In this document: positions 9,502 to 18,229 of the stretch, piece after piece | Layout: each line of letters opens with the position of its first letter | Position numbering within the stretch: the first letter of the stretch is position 1 | From: a virus | Virus record (IMG/VR): IMGVR_UViG_3300045988_173726 | Location: 200,604 to 264,603 of that record | Direction: 5' to 3' (one strand) | DNA: 64,000 bases | Notes under the pieces: model-generated | The model's input: only the letters and a program-made list of their open reading frames with translations | Told to the model about the DNA's origin: nothing | Databases searched by the model: none | Position numbers and translations under genes: made by a program

Positions 9502-9904
9502 ATACCGAGTAACTGGAAAAGTTTATTCTGGTGTGGAGATAGCAGGGTTTTCAATAGAGGACAGCGCGGGAGCGGTTAAGCATATCTCAAAGAAGAAGTT
9601 AATTGAGATGATAAAGGCAGGGCTTATAGAGAACATGGGTCTTGTTGAGAGGGACGGAGAGACAATAATAACTGGGGCATTTGACAAGATACCTTCGGTC
9701 GCAACGGTCGGGAGGCTCGGATATAAGAGCAGGGTTACGGACGACAGCGGTCATGTTACGGGGTACACGCTCTCTATTGAGGGAAAAGAGGACGAGATAG
9801 AGGTAAGTATAGACAAGGCGTGGGAGCTGTGCTTTAGTGTCGGGGTAGCCGACATGAAAGCCTATCTTTCGCCAAGCAACGAGAAATATATCATTGTGAG
9901 TTGA
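9491..9904 (+). CDS. Hypothetical protein (two copies of the N-module also seen in the LRR-family N-termini)
   Basis: 'YRVTGKVYSGVEIAGFSIEDSAGAVKHISKKKLIEMIKAGLIEN' is repeated more loosely as 'GYKSRVTDDSGHVTGYTLSIEG...'. Confidence 0.5.
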   Translation: MADKYRVTGKVYSGVEIAGFSIEDSAGAVKHISKKKLIEMIKAGLIENMGLVERDGETIITGAFDKIPSVATVGRLGYKSRVTDDSGHVTGYTLSIEGKEDEIEVSIDKAWELCFSVGVADMKAYLSPSNEKYIIVS

Positions 9905-9919
9905 TAGAGAGGTAACAAA

Positions 9920-10264
9920 ATGAGAAGTGCAGTGACAGCGGGTATCTTAATCGCGAATCTCCTGTTTATTTGGTGGTTTCGTAGATATAGCGAGGACAGG
10001 GGAATGGTAGCCGAGAATCCGTTTAAGTTTATATACACATTTTATTGTGTGACGCTGTTTGGCGGGCTGTATGCGGCAAGGTTAAGCGATGTTTCGATAG
10101 CTTCTAGGTTTACGAAAGCCTTTATGGAGTTACAGGTAATGCTTTTACTGTATAGTTTAGTAGTTCCGTTTGTAATCGGGGTAAAGAGCCTTGTTAATAA
10201 GATTGCTACGGTGATTCTGGTATACAGTGCGAGCCTTCTTGTAATAAGGATTCTGGTTAGGTAA
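9920..10264 (+). CDS. Small membrane protein
   Basis: Three to four hydrophobic helices across 114 aa. Confidence 0.5.
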   Translation: MRSAVTAGILIANLLFIWWFRRYSEDRGMVAENPFKFIYTFYCVTLFGGLYAARLSDVSIASRFTKAFMELQVMLLLYSLVVPFVIGVKSLVNKIATVILVYSASLLVIRILVR

Positions 10265-10308
10265 AGGCTGTGGATAGGGTGTAAAATAAAGACAACAGGG
10301 GAGTATTC

Positions 10309-11751
10309 ATGCAGAGTAGCGATATAACGAGAAGAAATGCGGCGAAGAGGATATTTGAGTATATAGCGACCGCAGAGAGTCCGAGTGCTAACGACTATCT
10401 AAGGAGAGTGGTTAAGCAGTTTAAGGACGAGGATATAGACGCAGTAAGCGTGGTGTTTAGCACAGATTGCAAAAACCTTACTACGATTCAGAACTATATC
10501 GAGTATGTAGTAGCAGAGAAGCATAAGGCAGAGATTTCAGAGCGTTATTCTTCATATAAGCTAGGTTTATCTACGGCGACTGATTTAAGTGAGCAGTTAG
10601 CGGAGTGGGTAGCTACGCCGTGCTTTGAGTCGGTAGAGATAAACGAGGGTTTGCTAGGTACTAGCATAGAGACGCTTAAGAGCCTAGGCGTTCCCGCGAT
10701 ATATGTTAGGTATTTAACGAGTTATTACGGAACGACTTACGGAGAGGTCGTAAATACGAACGCTTTTAGGGTATTAGAGCCTAGGTTTCATTTGTCTAAG
10801 ATGCTCTCTAAGCCGTTGGCAGAGGTAATAGACGAGATACTAAAGGAAGGCTGTGCTAGGTTTAAGACGAATGTCTACGAGTTTATAGAACTCTACTTAG
10901 ACCCGTCAACGCGGATAACTTGTGCAGAGTTTGCGCGTAAGGTCGGCATTACGAAGCAGTTTATAAGTTTTAGTCTCGGCAGGGCGCTCGGAGAGGTAAG
11001 GGATATAGCGAAGGTTTATGCGTTTGGTGCAGATTTTTCAAAGCGTATACGGGTTTTAACAGAGAGTAGATATGATACGCTTATAAGTCTTATATTAGCA
11101 CCGAGTCAGAGCCGTTATCCCCGTGTCGTAGGAATAGATGAGGGCGAGGTAGCAGAGCTAATCGGTGCGGTAGAGGAGCTTGGCGTAAGGGTTACTAAGC
11201 TAGGCGAAGCATATAGAGAGTTACACAACGAGTTTAATCTAAATCGTGACGAGTTTAATATGCTAATCGGTATGCTTGATAAGAAGCGGTATACGATTAC
11301 GGAGAGCAGTATAACGAGAAAGAAGCAGGAGATTTTCGACACACTAAACAGCCTTGTATCAGAGCAGTACGGAAGTAGCGGTATAGACATCAACGACAAC
11401 GAAGTGGTAGAAGCCCTAAACACTAAGATTAACGCCTTAAAGGGCTATGATAGAACGGTAGACGGACTAAAGGTAGCGATAAGGCGTGACTTAATGGATT
11501 TAGGTAACGGCAGATATGCAAGCTTTGACGATGTGGAGTATAAAGCGACGGTAGTTCCGAGGTTAATGACTTATATCGTTTCAAACGGCGGTAAGGTAAA
11601 CTACCTTGAGATGTTTGACGACTTAGAGTTTGTGTTAAAGAAGTACGGAATTACGAGTGCGGCGTATCTAAAGACAGTGCTTATAGTGGCGCTTGGGCAT
11701 AAGGTTAAGTGCGGTCGGTGGTCTTGTGAAGTAAGGGAGGGAGTAGAGTGA
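10309..11751 (+). CDS. Hypothetical protein with possible HTH
   Basis: Long ORF. 'ITCAEFARKVGITKQFISFSLGRAL' looks like a helix-turn-helix. Function unknown. Confidence 0.5.
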   Translation: MQSSDITRRNAAKRIFEYIATAESPSANDYLRRVVKQFKDEDIDAVSVVFSTDCKNLTTIQNYIEYVVAEKHKAEISERYSSYKLGLSTATDLSEQLAEWVATPCFESVEINEGLLGTSIETLKSLGVPAIYVRYLTSYYGTTYGEVVNTNAFRVLEPRFHLSKMLSKPLAEVIDEILKEGCARFKTNVYEFIELYLDPSTRITCAEFARKVGITKQFISFSLGRALGEVRDIAKVYAFGADFSKRIRVLTESRYDTLISLILAPSQSRYPRVVGIDEGEVAELIGAVEELGVRVTKLGEAYRELHNEFNLNRDEFNMLIGMLDKKRYTITESSITRKKQEIFDTLNSLVSEQYGSSGIDINDNEVVEALNTKINALKGYDRTVDGLKVAIRRDLMDLGNGRYASFDDVEYKATVVPRLMTYIVSNGGKVNYLEMFDDLEFVLKKYGITSAAYLKTVLIVALGHKVKCGRWSCEVREGVE

Positions 11752-12962
11752 AGAGGCGTAAGGTAGTTTATGCGGCACTTTTAGCGACAGCGGTGCTGGG
11801 GCTAACGGCTTGTGGAAAGACAGTGGTTTATGACGAGTCGAATCTGCCGACCGAGACGGTAAAGGGAGCAGAGACAGGGGAAGCTGTGACAGAAGCGGCT
11901 AGGTCAGAGAGCGCAGAAAGTACGGATAGTGGGAAGCCCGAGAATGACGGCGCACGGTCAGCGGGGATAGATAAAGTCCATGAGGTTGTAGATAATAAGG
12001 CAACCAATACAAAGATAGAGGACACGGCTAAGCAACAGGAAGTGATAGCGGCGATACGTGGGAAATTAAACGAGGCGCACAGCAGTTTATCCTCGGTCGG
12101 GACGGTAAACTTCGAGATGATACAGCTTGACAAAGCGTCTTATGCGCCGAAGCGGTATATTGCGAACATAAATCGGACGGTTAAAAAGACGGGCAAGGTG
12201 TATTCGGTAGAGTCCTTGTCGGACGAGACATATAAGGGAGTGGAATCGCTTACGAACAGAAAGACTTATCTAATCGACAGCGGGGAGAGGACTTTAAGCT
12301 ACTCTAAGAAGTACGATTCAACGCTAGAGGACGGAAGTAAGAAGCCGTGGCTTGCGGTAATCGTAGATAAGGACATAGAGAACGAGCCAATAAACTTATC
12401 GGAGATAGACAAGGTGATTGACCTAAGTTTATTTGAGGTAGGCGAGGAGACGAATGACAACATCGAGAGTTATACGCTGACTTGCTATATACCAATCTAC
12501 AGCGAGCTTGAGTTAATGGGCATCAATCCAGACAGTGTGCTTGTAAGTAAGGATAACTCTGGCGGGTATAAGGGAACGATAAAGATTTACGCAGATAAGA
12601 GCGACTATACGATACATAAAATTGAGTTTTCTGGAAAGAAAGCGATGGATGTGTATTACAATAACACATATACGGCGAGCGGAGAGTCGAGTGAAGAGGT
12701 AAAGATACAGAAGTGCAGGGCATCGTTTAAGCTGGGCGACTATAGCGACCTTAAGATAGACATTCCGAAGGAGATAGAGGAGAAGCTTCCAGAGGATGCG
12801 AAGGCGGCGGCAGAGTCGTTTGTAACGCCGACCGAGGATAAGGAGTCGATAAGCCTAGACGGAGACTTTAGTTTAGGGCTAGACGCAGAAAAGGCGGACG
12901 ATAGCGGCAAGGCAGAGACGAGCGGCACAGACGCGGCGAGTGAAGATTCCCTTAAAAAGTAA
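11748..12962 (+). CDS. Lipoprotein
   Basis: Signal peptide with lipobox 'AVLGLTAC|GK'. GTGA start/stop overlap with the upstream gene. Confidence 0.65.
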   Translation: MKRRKVVYAALLATAVLGLTACGKTVVYDESNLPTETVKGAETGEAVTEAARSESAESTDSGKPENDGARSAGIDKVHEVVDNKATNTKIEDTAKQQEVIAAIRGKLNEAHSSLSSVGTVNFEMIQLDKASYAPKRYIANINRTVKKTGKVYSVESLSDETYKGVESLTNRKTYLIDSGERTLSYSKKYDSTLEDGSKKPWLAVIVDKDIENEPINLSEIDKVIDLSLFEVGEETNDNIESYTLTCYIPIYSELELMGINPDSVLVSKDNSGGYKGTIKIYADKSDYTIHKIEFSGKKAMDVYYNNTYTASGESSEEVKIQKCRASFKLGDYSDLKIDIPKEIEEKLPEDAKAAAESFVTPTEDKESISLDGDFSLGLDAEKADDSGKAETSGTDAASEDSLKK

Positions 12963-13007
12963 GGGGAAATAAGGGAAAGTAGACAAGAGTAAGGGCAATA
13001 GCTTTCG

Positions 13008-13040
13008 GGCGGGGTTTAGGAGACCCCGCCTTTTTATTTT
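13008..13040 (+). terminator. Rho-independent terminator
   Basis: 8-bp GC-rich stem ggcggggt/accccgcc with loop ttaggag, followed by tttttatttt. Confidence 0.8.
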
Positions 13041-13091
13041 GGGGAAAAGCGGGCGTGGGGTTTAACAGGTACGGTAGGGGCTGGCAGTCTT

Positions 13092-13157
13092 AATTTTGAT
13101 TTTGAGCTATTTTTGCCCGAGAGTTCTTTAGGGATTTCAGAGGGAAAGGCTTTAGGG
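13092..13157 (+). repeat. Intergenic repeat module, copy A
   Basis: 'attttgattttgagctatttttgcccgagagttctttagggatttcagagggaaaggctttagg' aligns by eye with 34518-34556 and 34768-34848. Confidence 0.7.
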
Positions 13158-13505
13158 GCAGGGGAATAGGGGTAAGAGGGAGAGTGGTCTTAAAAGGGCT
13201 TCTCGTGGGTATAGCGGGGTAACAGATGGGACGGGAGGTGGAGTCGGACATTGAGCGGGTCAGTAGCGGCACAGGGGAGGTGGGGCGAGATAAGGGGAGG
13301 GTCTTTGGGGATGTTCCCGAAACAAATGTCGGGAACATAGGATGGCGAGACAGAAAGCCCCTGTCGCGCACGGGAAGGGGTCAAATCGGGGCTTTAGTGG
13401 TTTCTGGGTAGGAACAAGTAGGATGGGGGCAGATGGCGGTTTATGGGGTTTCTCGTGGGTCTTAGGGGCAAGTGATTATTTTGCTAGGAGTTTATAAGAA
13501 AGTGG

Positions 13506-13534
13506 TTGCAAGCTAATAACTTTCGTGCTAAAAT
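13506..13534 (+). promoter_or_regulatory. Sigma70-like promoter for methyltransferase 1
   Basis: TTGCAA, 17-nt spacer, TAAAAT. The downstream leader 'taaaataggcttaaatagtataactag' is conserved upstream of 34991. Confidence 0.55.
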
Positions 13535-13573
13535 AGGCTTAAATAGTATAACTAGTTGGAAACGGAGGGCAAA

Positions 13574-14542
13574 ATGGCAGGGAACAGTAATCTTCACAGA
13601 GCAAAAGAGGCGAAGAACGATGAGTTCTACACACAGCTTTCGGATGTAGAGAATGAGCTTGTGCATTATCGGGAGCATTTTAGGGGTAAGACAGTGTTTT
13701 GTAACTGTGATGACCCGACATGGAGTGCGTTCTGGAAGTATTTTCATTTGAATTTCGGCTTTCTTGGTCTTACGCGTCTTGTTTCTACGCATTACGACAA
13801 AGAGCAAAGCACATATATGATGGAGTATCTTGGCGGGGATGATAACGATGTGAGTGTCGGGACGAAAACGCCGCTCAAGGGAAACGGAGATTTTAGAAAC
13901 GAAGAGTGTTTGGAATTGCTTCGGCAGAGTGACATCGTGGTGACGAACCCGCCGTTTTCGCTGTTTAGAGAGTTTATCGGGACGCTGATGGAGTATGAGA
14001 AGAAGTTTATTGTGTGGGGAAACAATAACGCTGTAACATATAAGGAATTCTTTCCGTTGATTCGTGAAGATAAGTTATGGCTCGGGTATTTGTCGAATAA
14101 GACCTGCATATTCGGGGTAGGTGAAGGCTATAGGTACGATGAGAAGATAACGGCACAGATGAATGACGGAATGAAGTACGGGAAAGTTCCTGCAATTTCG
14201 ACTTTTACCAACCTCGACATCAAGAAGCGTCACGAAAATCTTATTCTCTATAAGCATTATAGTCCCGAGGGATTTCCGAAGTATGATAACTACGATGCAA
14301 TCAACGTAGACAAGGTATCGGATATACCGATGGATTATGACGGAGTAATGGGAGTTCCTATTACATTTCTCGACAAGTATAATCCAGAGCAGTTTGTGCT
14401 TATCGGAACAGATTTTCAAGTAAAAGACGGCGAGTTAGCTGACATCAGAAATAAGAGTTGGGGCGGTAAGTTTGACAGGGGCTATATTAACGGTAAGCGT
14501 CTCTATTCGAGGGTGTTTATTCGTAAAACATTACATAGCTAA
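13574..14542 (+). CDS. N6-adenine-type DNA methyltransferase (NPPF motif), paralog 1
   Basis: 'KNDEFYTQLSDVE' and 'DIVVTNPPFSLFREFI' (motif IV NPPF). Highly similar to 34991..35998. ATG 13574 sits behind 'ggaggg'; the track starts at 13556. Confidence 0.75.
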   Translation: MAGNSNLHRAKEAKNDEFYTQLSDVENELVHYREHFRGKTVFCNCDDPTWSAFWKYFHLNFGFLGLTRLVSTHYDKEQSTYMMEYLGGDDNDVSVGTKTPLKGNGDFRNEECLELLRQSDIVVTNPPFSLFREFIGTLMEYEKKFIVWGNNNAVTYKEFFPLIREDKLWLGYLSNKTCIFGVGEGYRYDEKITAQMNDGMKYGKVPAISTFTNLDIKKRHENLILYKHYSPEGFPKYDNYDAINVDKVSDIPMDYDGVMGVPITFLDKYNPEQFVLIGTDFQVKDGELADIRNKSWGGKFDRGYINGKRLYSRVFIRKTLHS

Positions 14543-14806
14543 AGCAAGTAAGCTTGGCGCTAGTTAATGAATGTGTCATTTTATGCGTGCAATAGATATG
14601 GGACAGAAATCGAGACGATAGACTTGTTTTATCCAAAGTCTATGGCGATTTGTGGATGTATGAACTCTCCAAAAGACACCTTAGTGAGTGGTGTAAAGAA
14701 GTATGCGAGGCTTCTGATTAGGTTTCGGCAGAAGTAGGCTTAGTGAAAGCAAGAGCGAGAGCTGATTGACTAGCTTATTTGCGAGTTAGCAGAAAGGGGG
14801 GTTTGT

Positions 14807-15121
14807 TTGGGCAACGATAATAAATCTTCGGAGGTAGTAGGGATTATCTCTGTGATAGCTTTTGTAAGCGTGCTTGTTCTGTTGTCATGGTGGATTTCGT
14901 CTACTGCATTGGAGAGGTTTCAAGCGTCAAAGGGTAGTGATTCAGACACTACACGGGTATACGCTGTGTTTAACCGTGCAACTGTAAATTATTGGACGAA
15001 AGCCCGTTTAGACGCACTGAAAGTAAAGTACGGAACAGAGATAGCAGAGCCTTTGACAGAGGATATGTCAATGGAAAGCGTATGTATTCGCGTATTCTCA
15101 TTAGGTATCATAACGATTTAA
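14807..15121 (+). CDS. TM-anchored family paralog, truncated (N-terminal part only)
   Basis: TM 'VVGIISVIAFVSVLVLLSWWI', then 'TRVYAVFNRATVNYWTKARLDALKVKYGTEIAEP', shared with the next two genes. It lacks their C-terminal domain. Confidence 0.5.
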   Translation: MGNDNKSSEVVGIISVIAFVSVLVLLSWWISSTALERFQASKGSDSDTTRVYAVFNRATVNYWTKARLDALKVKYGTEIAEPLTEDMSMESVCIRVFSLGIITI

Positions 15122-15136
15122 GCGAGGGAAACAGTT

Positions 15137-15997
15137 TTGCAGTACAATAGCGACAATGTAATGAGGCGGCTATTACAGCTGTGTGCAACGATTTTTCTCA
15201 TGGTGATTACGGTTTCCGTTATCGTGTCGGTAGTTTCTGAACAGAAGGCATTTGAGGAAAACAGTAAAACAGAGGATACTCGGGTAAGCGCTGTTTTTGA
15301 GCGAGCAACAGTTGTATATTGGAGTAAGAGTCGTTTAGACGGGTTGAAGGTAAAGTACGAGGCAGAGATAGCCGAGCCGAGGATAGATTATTGGACTCGG
15401 GAGTATTTGGATACTTCATATGTTAGGTATCAGCAGGGGTTTATAGATATTCCTGCTAGGACAGCTTATTTGCCAAAGTATCGTCCGACAAGAAGGAATC
15501 GCTTGAAGGTAGAGACTCTAGTAAGGTCTACGAGGTATGTGTATAGCTGGGTAGTTCCGCTTACGCTTTATAGGAACGAAATTAATTCCGAGGTAAACCC
15601 AGACAGTGAGGCGGTATGTGATATTATTTTCCAGTCCGGAGAAACAGAGGAGTATACCTTCAAGGCAAAGTATTCAGTGAGTGAGAGAGCCTTTCATATA
15701 AGTACTTATGTGTCGGATGGGTGGTCTGACAGGCAAGAGGGAATTTTTGATGTTCATTTTAAGTTGAAAAACTTAGTTTCTGGAAGAAAGTATCTTTTAG
15801 GTAGCCAAGAGTTTATTGCAGATGACAGCGGGGAGCGGGATTGCAGTATAGACATACCAAATTACGGTCTGCGTTCATATTTGTTTAATGAAGATTCTTC
15901 TTATCGTGTGCTGTTGCATAGTATGGACGATAGCGGGGTGCTTAAAGAGGAGTTAGCGTTTGATGTGTCGTTAGGAGATATAGACTGGAAGAGATGA
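15137..15997 (+). CDS. TM-anchored beta-domain family paralog
   Basis: TM 'LCATIFLMVITVSVIVSVV'. Also 'RVSAVFERATVVYWSKSRLDGLKVKYEAEIAEP' and the C-terminal 'FKLKNLVSGRKYLLGSQEFIADDSGERDCSIDIPNYG'. Confidence 0.65.
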   Translation: MQYNSDNVMRRLLQLCATIFLMVITVSVIVSVVSEQKAFEENSKTEDTRVSAVFERATVVYWSKSRLDGLKVKYEAEIAEPRIDYWTREYLDTSYVRYQQGFIDIPARTAYLPKYRPTRRNRLKVETLVRSTRYVYSWVVPLTLYRNEINSEVNPDSEAVCDIIFQSGETEEYTFKAKYSVSERAFHISTYVSDGWSDRQEGIFDVHFKLKNLVSGRKYLLGSQEFIADDSGERDCSIDIPNYGLRSYLFNEDSSYRVLLHSMDDSGVLKEELAFDVSLGDIDWKR

Positions 15998-16920
15998 GCA
16001 GAGAACGGACGGATGCAGACGATTTTAGCTTGGCTATGGTTGGTGCTATTGTGGTTGCGGTGGTGCTAATTTTTGTAATAGCTGGGCTTGTGACGCATTG
16101 GGAGAAGAAAGAGGCTTCTGAAAACTTAAAAGGCGACCCGTCAAGGGTAAACGCAGTGGTGGAGTCCGCACGGGTAACATATTGGTCGAAAGATAGGCTT
16201 GACGGGTTAAAGATACAGTTCGGGGGCGAAGTTTATACGCCAAAGGTTACACCTGTGGCTCGGAATTATAGCGTAGTTCACCGAGGACATGGGAACTCTG
16301 GTGTTGGAGTTTATGAGAAGTCGGATGGGAAGCTTGGGATTGGCTTTGTATCTGGAACAGGTTACGGATGGTATATTGGTTCGGATGGAGAGACGGGGAC
16401 AGGCTGGGTTGTGAGTGGTAGTAATACGCCGACAACGCGCGAGAGCGTAACTGCTGTTAGGTATCTGTACAGCTTTAATGTCCCTGTAGGTGTGTATGCG
16501 AATGACGGTGGCAGTCTTGTAAATCCAGACTGCGGTGCAGAGTGCAGTGTAATTTTGCCTAATGGTGGGATAGAGAGGTTTTTATTTTCTGCGAAGTATG
16601 ACTTAGTGAATCGAGGCTACGACATATTGTCGGTATCAAAGACAGGGCTAGGAAGTGCCTATGACATTGAGTGTGGAGTATATAGGGTAAATCTTCGACT
16701 TAATAACCTTACGGTCGGAAAGACTTATATTCTTGGCGGGTATCGGTTTACGGCAGACAGTAAGGAGCGTGAGTGTGTGATAGATATTCCGAATTACGGA
16801 GTTTATTACAGGGAGCTTGGCGACCAAGCTGTGTATCGGGTTGACTTATCGAGTATAGACGAGCAGGGGAATGCGGAGCTTGAGCTACGGTTTAATGTAT
16901 ATTGCGGTCGGGTAGATTAA
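15994..16920 (+). CDS. TM-anchored beta-domain family paralog
   Basis: TM 'MVGAIVVAVVLIFVIAGLV'. Also 'RVNAVVESARVTYWSKDRLDGLKIQFG' and 'LRLNNLTVGKTYILGGYRFTADSKERECVIDIPNYG'. ATGA overlap with the upstream gene. Confidence 0.65.
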   Translation: MSRERTDADDFSLAMVGAIVVAVVLIFVIAGLVTHWEKKEASENLKGDPSRVNAVVESARVTYWSKDRLDGLKIQFGGEVYTPKVTPVARNYSVVHRGHGNSGVGVYEKSDGKLGIGFVSGTGYGWYIGSDGETGTGWVVSGSNTPTTRESVTAVRYLYSFNVPVGVYANDGGSLVNPDCGAECSVILPNGGIERFLFSAKYDLVNRGYDILSVSKTGLGSAYDIECGVYRVNLRLNNLTVGKTYILGGYRFTADSKERECVIDIPNYGVYYRELGDQAVYRVDLSSIDEQGNAELELRFNVYCGRVD

Positions 16921-16948
16921 GCGGCGCAAGCCCTTTGTACAAATCTTA

Positions 16949-16977
16949 TTGACAGGTTTCTATTAGCCTGTTATGAT
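16949..16977 (+). promoter_or_regulatory. Sigma70-like promoter
   Basis: TTGACA, 17-nt spacer, TATGAT, in the 100-nt gap upstream of 17023. Confidence 0.55.
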
Positions 16978-17022
16978 TATCTCATAGCAAAGCATTTAAG
17001 GCTTGGGTGGGGGAGATAGAAG

Positions 17023-17772
17023 ATGTATAACAGAGGGCTAATGGACGATATGATTGTTGTGGGGACTGGGGTTTTTCTGGCTCTGCTTTTATGTGGGGGT
17101 TTAATTGTCCATGAGGAGATAAAGGATAGAACAGGGGATGTTAGCCCGATAGAGGTTGAGTTCTTGTCGGTGTCGCCTTGCCTTTACGATAAGACACCGA
17201 TAGGTGGAACACTGCTTTCCGCAAGCGGAGAGAATAGCGGGTTAAAGACGGGTGACCCGATTTCGTATCAGTCGGGGCGTGCAGGGTATGTTTATCAGCA
17301 GAACAGTGGGCTTGGTGTTTATACATATTCCTCAAACGATATGTTGTTTTCGTGCTACGCAGAGGTTGTTCCGACACAGGACGCGAAGGGGAACTGGAAT
17401 GCAGGATTTAATTTGTTGTCCCCGAGCGGAGATACAGTAAATGTAGGCTTTAAGGCAAGTTCAAATCGCAGAAAGACAGAATACAGCTTGATTAGCGGGG
17501 GTAACACTTCGCTCGACACAGGTATTTATGGTTTCATGCTAAAGTTTAGTGGTTTAACGGTGGGAGATAGATATGTGTTTGCGGGGCAGGAGTTGCATGT
17601 TTCCGAGGACGGAAGTGCGATAGCGAGTGTTCTTACGCCTTGCGGGGGAGTCGGGTTTACTCGGGAAGGCACGCTTTCACAGCATGGCTATCATTATCTA
17701 AATCTGGTTAAGATTTTGGATAGTGGCACGGTAGAGAAAGAGATTGAGTTTAGCATCGAGATGGCACATTAA
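17023..17772 (+). CDS. TM-anchored beta-domain family paralog
   Basis: TM 'IVVGTGVFLALLLCGGLIV'. C-terminal 'MLKFSGLTVGDRYVFAGQELHVSEDGSAIASV'. Confidence 0.6.
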   Translation: MYNRGLMDDMIVVGTGVFLALLLCGGLIVHEEIKDRTGDVSPIEVEFLSVSPCLYDKTPIGGTLLSASGENSGLKTGDPISYQSGRAGYVYQQNSGLGVYTYSSNDMLFSCYAEVVPTQDAKGNWNAGFNLLSPSGDTVNVGFKASSNRRKTEYSLISGGNTSLDTGIYGFMLKFSGLTVGDRYVFAGQELHVSEDGSAIASVLTPCGGVGFTREGTLSQHGYHYLNLVKILDSGTVEKEIEFSIEMAH

Positions 17773-17785
17773 GGGGGAGTGGGAG

Positions 17786-17980
17786 ATGGTTTTCTCGGTA
17801 ATGCTCTGTATTGCGAGTCTGTGTATGCTCGTTAATACGCTGAAAGAGAAGGAAGTTCCTGCCGAGCGGTTTGTCGGGTTTGGGATTCTGTTTATTTTGT
17901 GGGGTGTTACCGTCTTGTTTCCGAGCTTCGGAGAAGCCCCTGCCGAGCTGGTGAGGTCAATGTTTAATGGTGGAAGTTAG
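17786..17980 (+). CDS. Small two-helix membrane protein
   Basis: 'MVFSVMLCIASLCMLVN...FGILFILWGVTVLF'. ATG sits behind RBS 'gggggagtgggag'. The track start at 17744 overlaps the previous gene. Confidence 0.45.
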   Translation: MVFSVMLCIASLCMLVNTLKEKEVPAERFVGFGILFILWGVTVLFPSFGEAPAELVRSMFNGGS

Positions 17981-18176
17981 ACGGTTTATTCAGCGCATCA
18001 GAAGCGATATTTGCCGTTACAGGATTCGCCTTTATTTGTATGATACTGCGAAAATTCGCAGTATCATCGTGGTAACTATTTGTGTGGTTATAGCTTGTCT
18101 TTATATATACAGCGTTGGACAGGCGCGTTTAGAAGAAATTCGGTATATAAGGGGACACACTGTAGTTAGGTTTTAA
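17967..18176 (+). CDS. Small membrane protein (doubtful)
   Basis: One TM, 'IIVVTICVVIACLYIYS'. The ORF contains a perfect 11-bp hairpin (18040-18067), so the coding call is uncertain. Confidence 0.3.
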   Translation: MVEVRRFIQRIRSDICRYRIRLYLYDTAKIRSIIVVTICVVIACLYIYSVGQARLEEIRYIRGHTVVRF

Positions 18177-18229
18177 GTATCGTAGCGTTCCGCGATTATC
18201 CGATAAAGCTAAAGAGGGGGTATATAGGG

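Noticed and set aside
13041-13555. CRISPR array as an explanation for the repeated intergenic motifs.
   Set aside because: The repeats are imperfect, differ in length, and are neither regularly spaced nor tandem. No cas genes are present.
14567-14737. 56-aa ORF (MNVSFYACNRYGTEIETIDLFYPKS...) in the 264-nt gap after methyltransferase 1.
   Set aside because: No RBS, no recognisable motif, and a codon style unlike its neighbours. Possibly non-coding.
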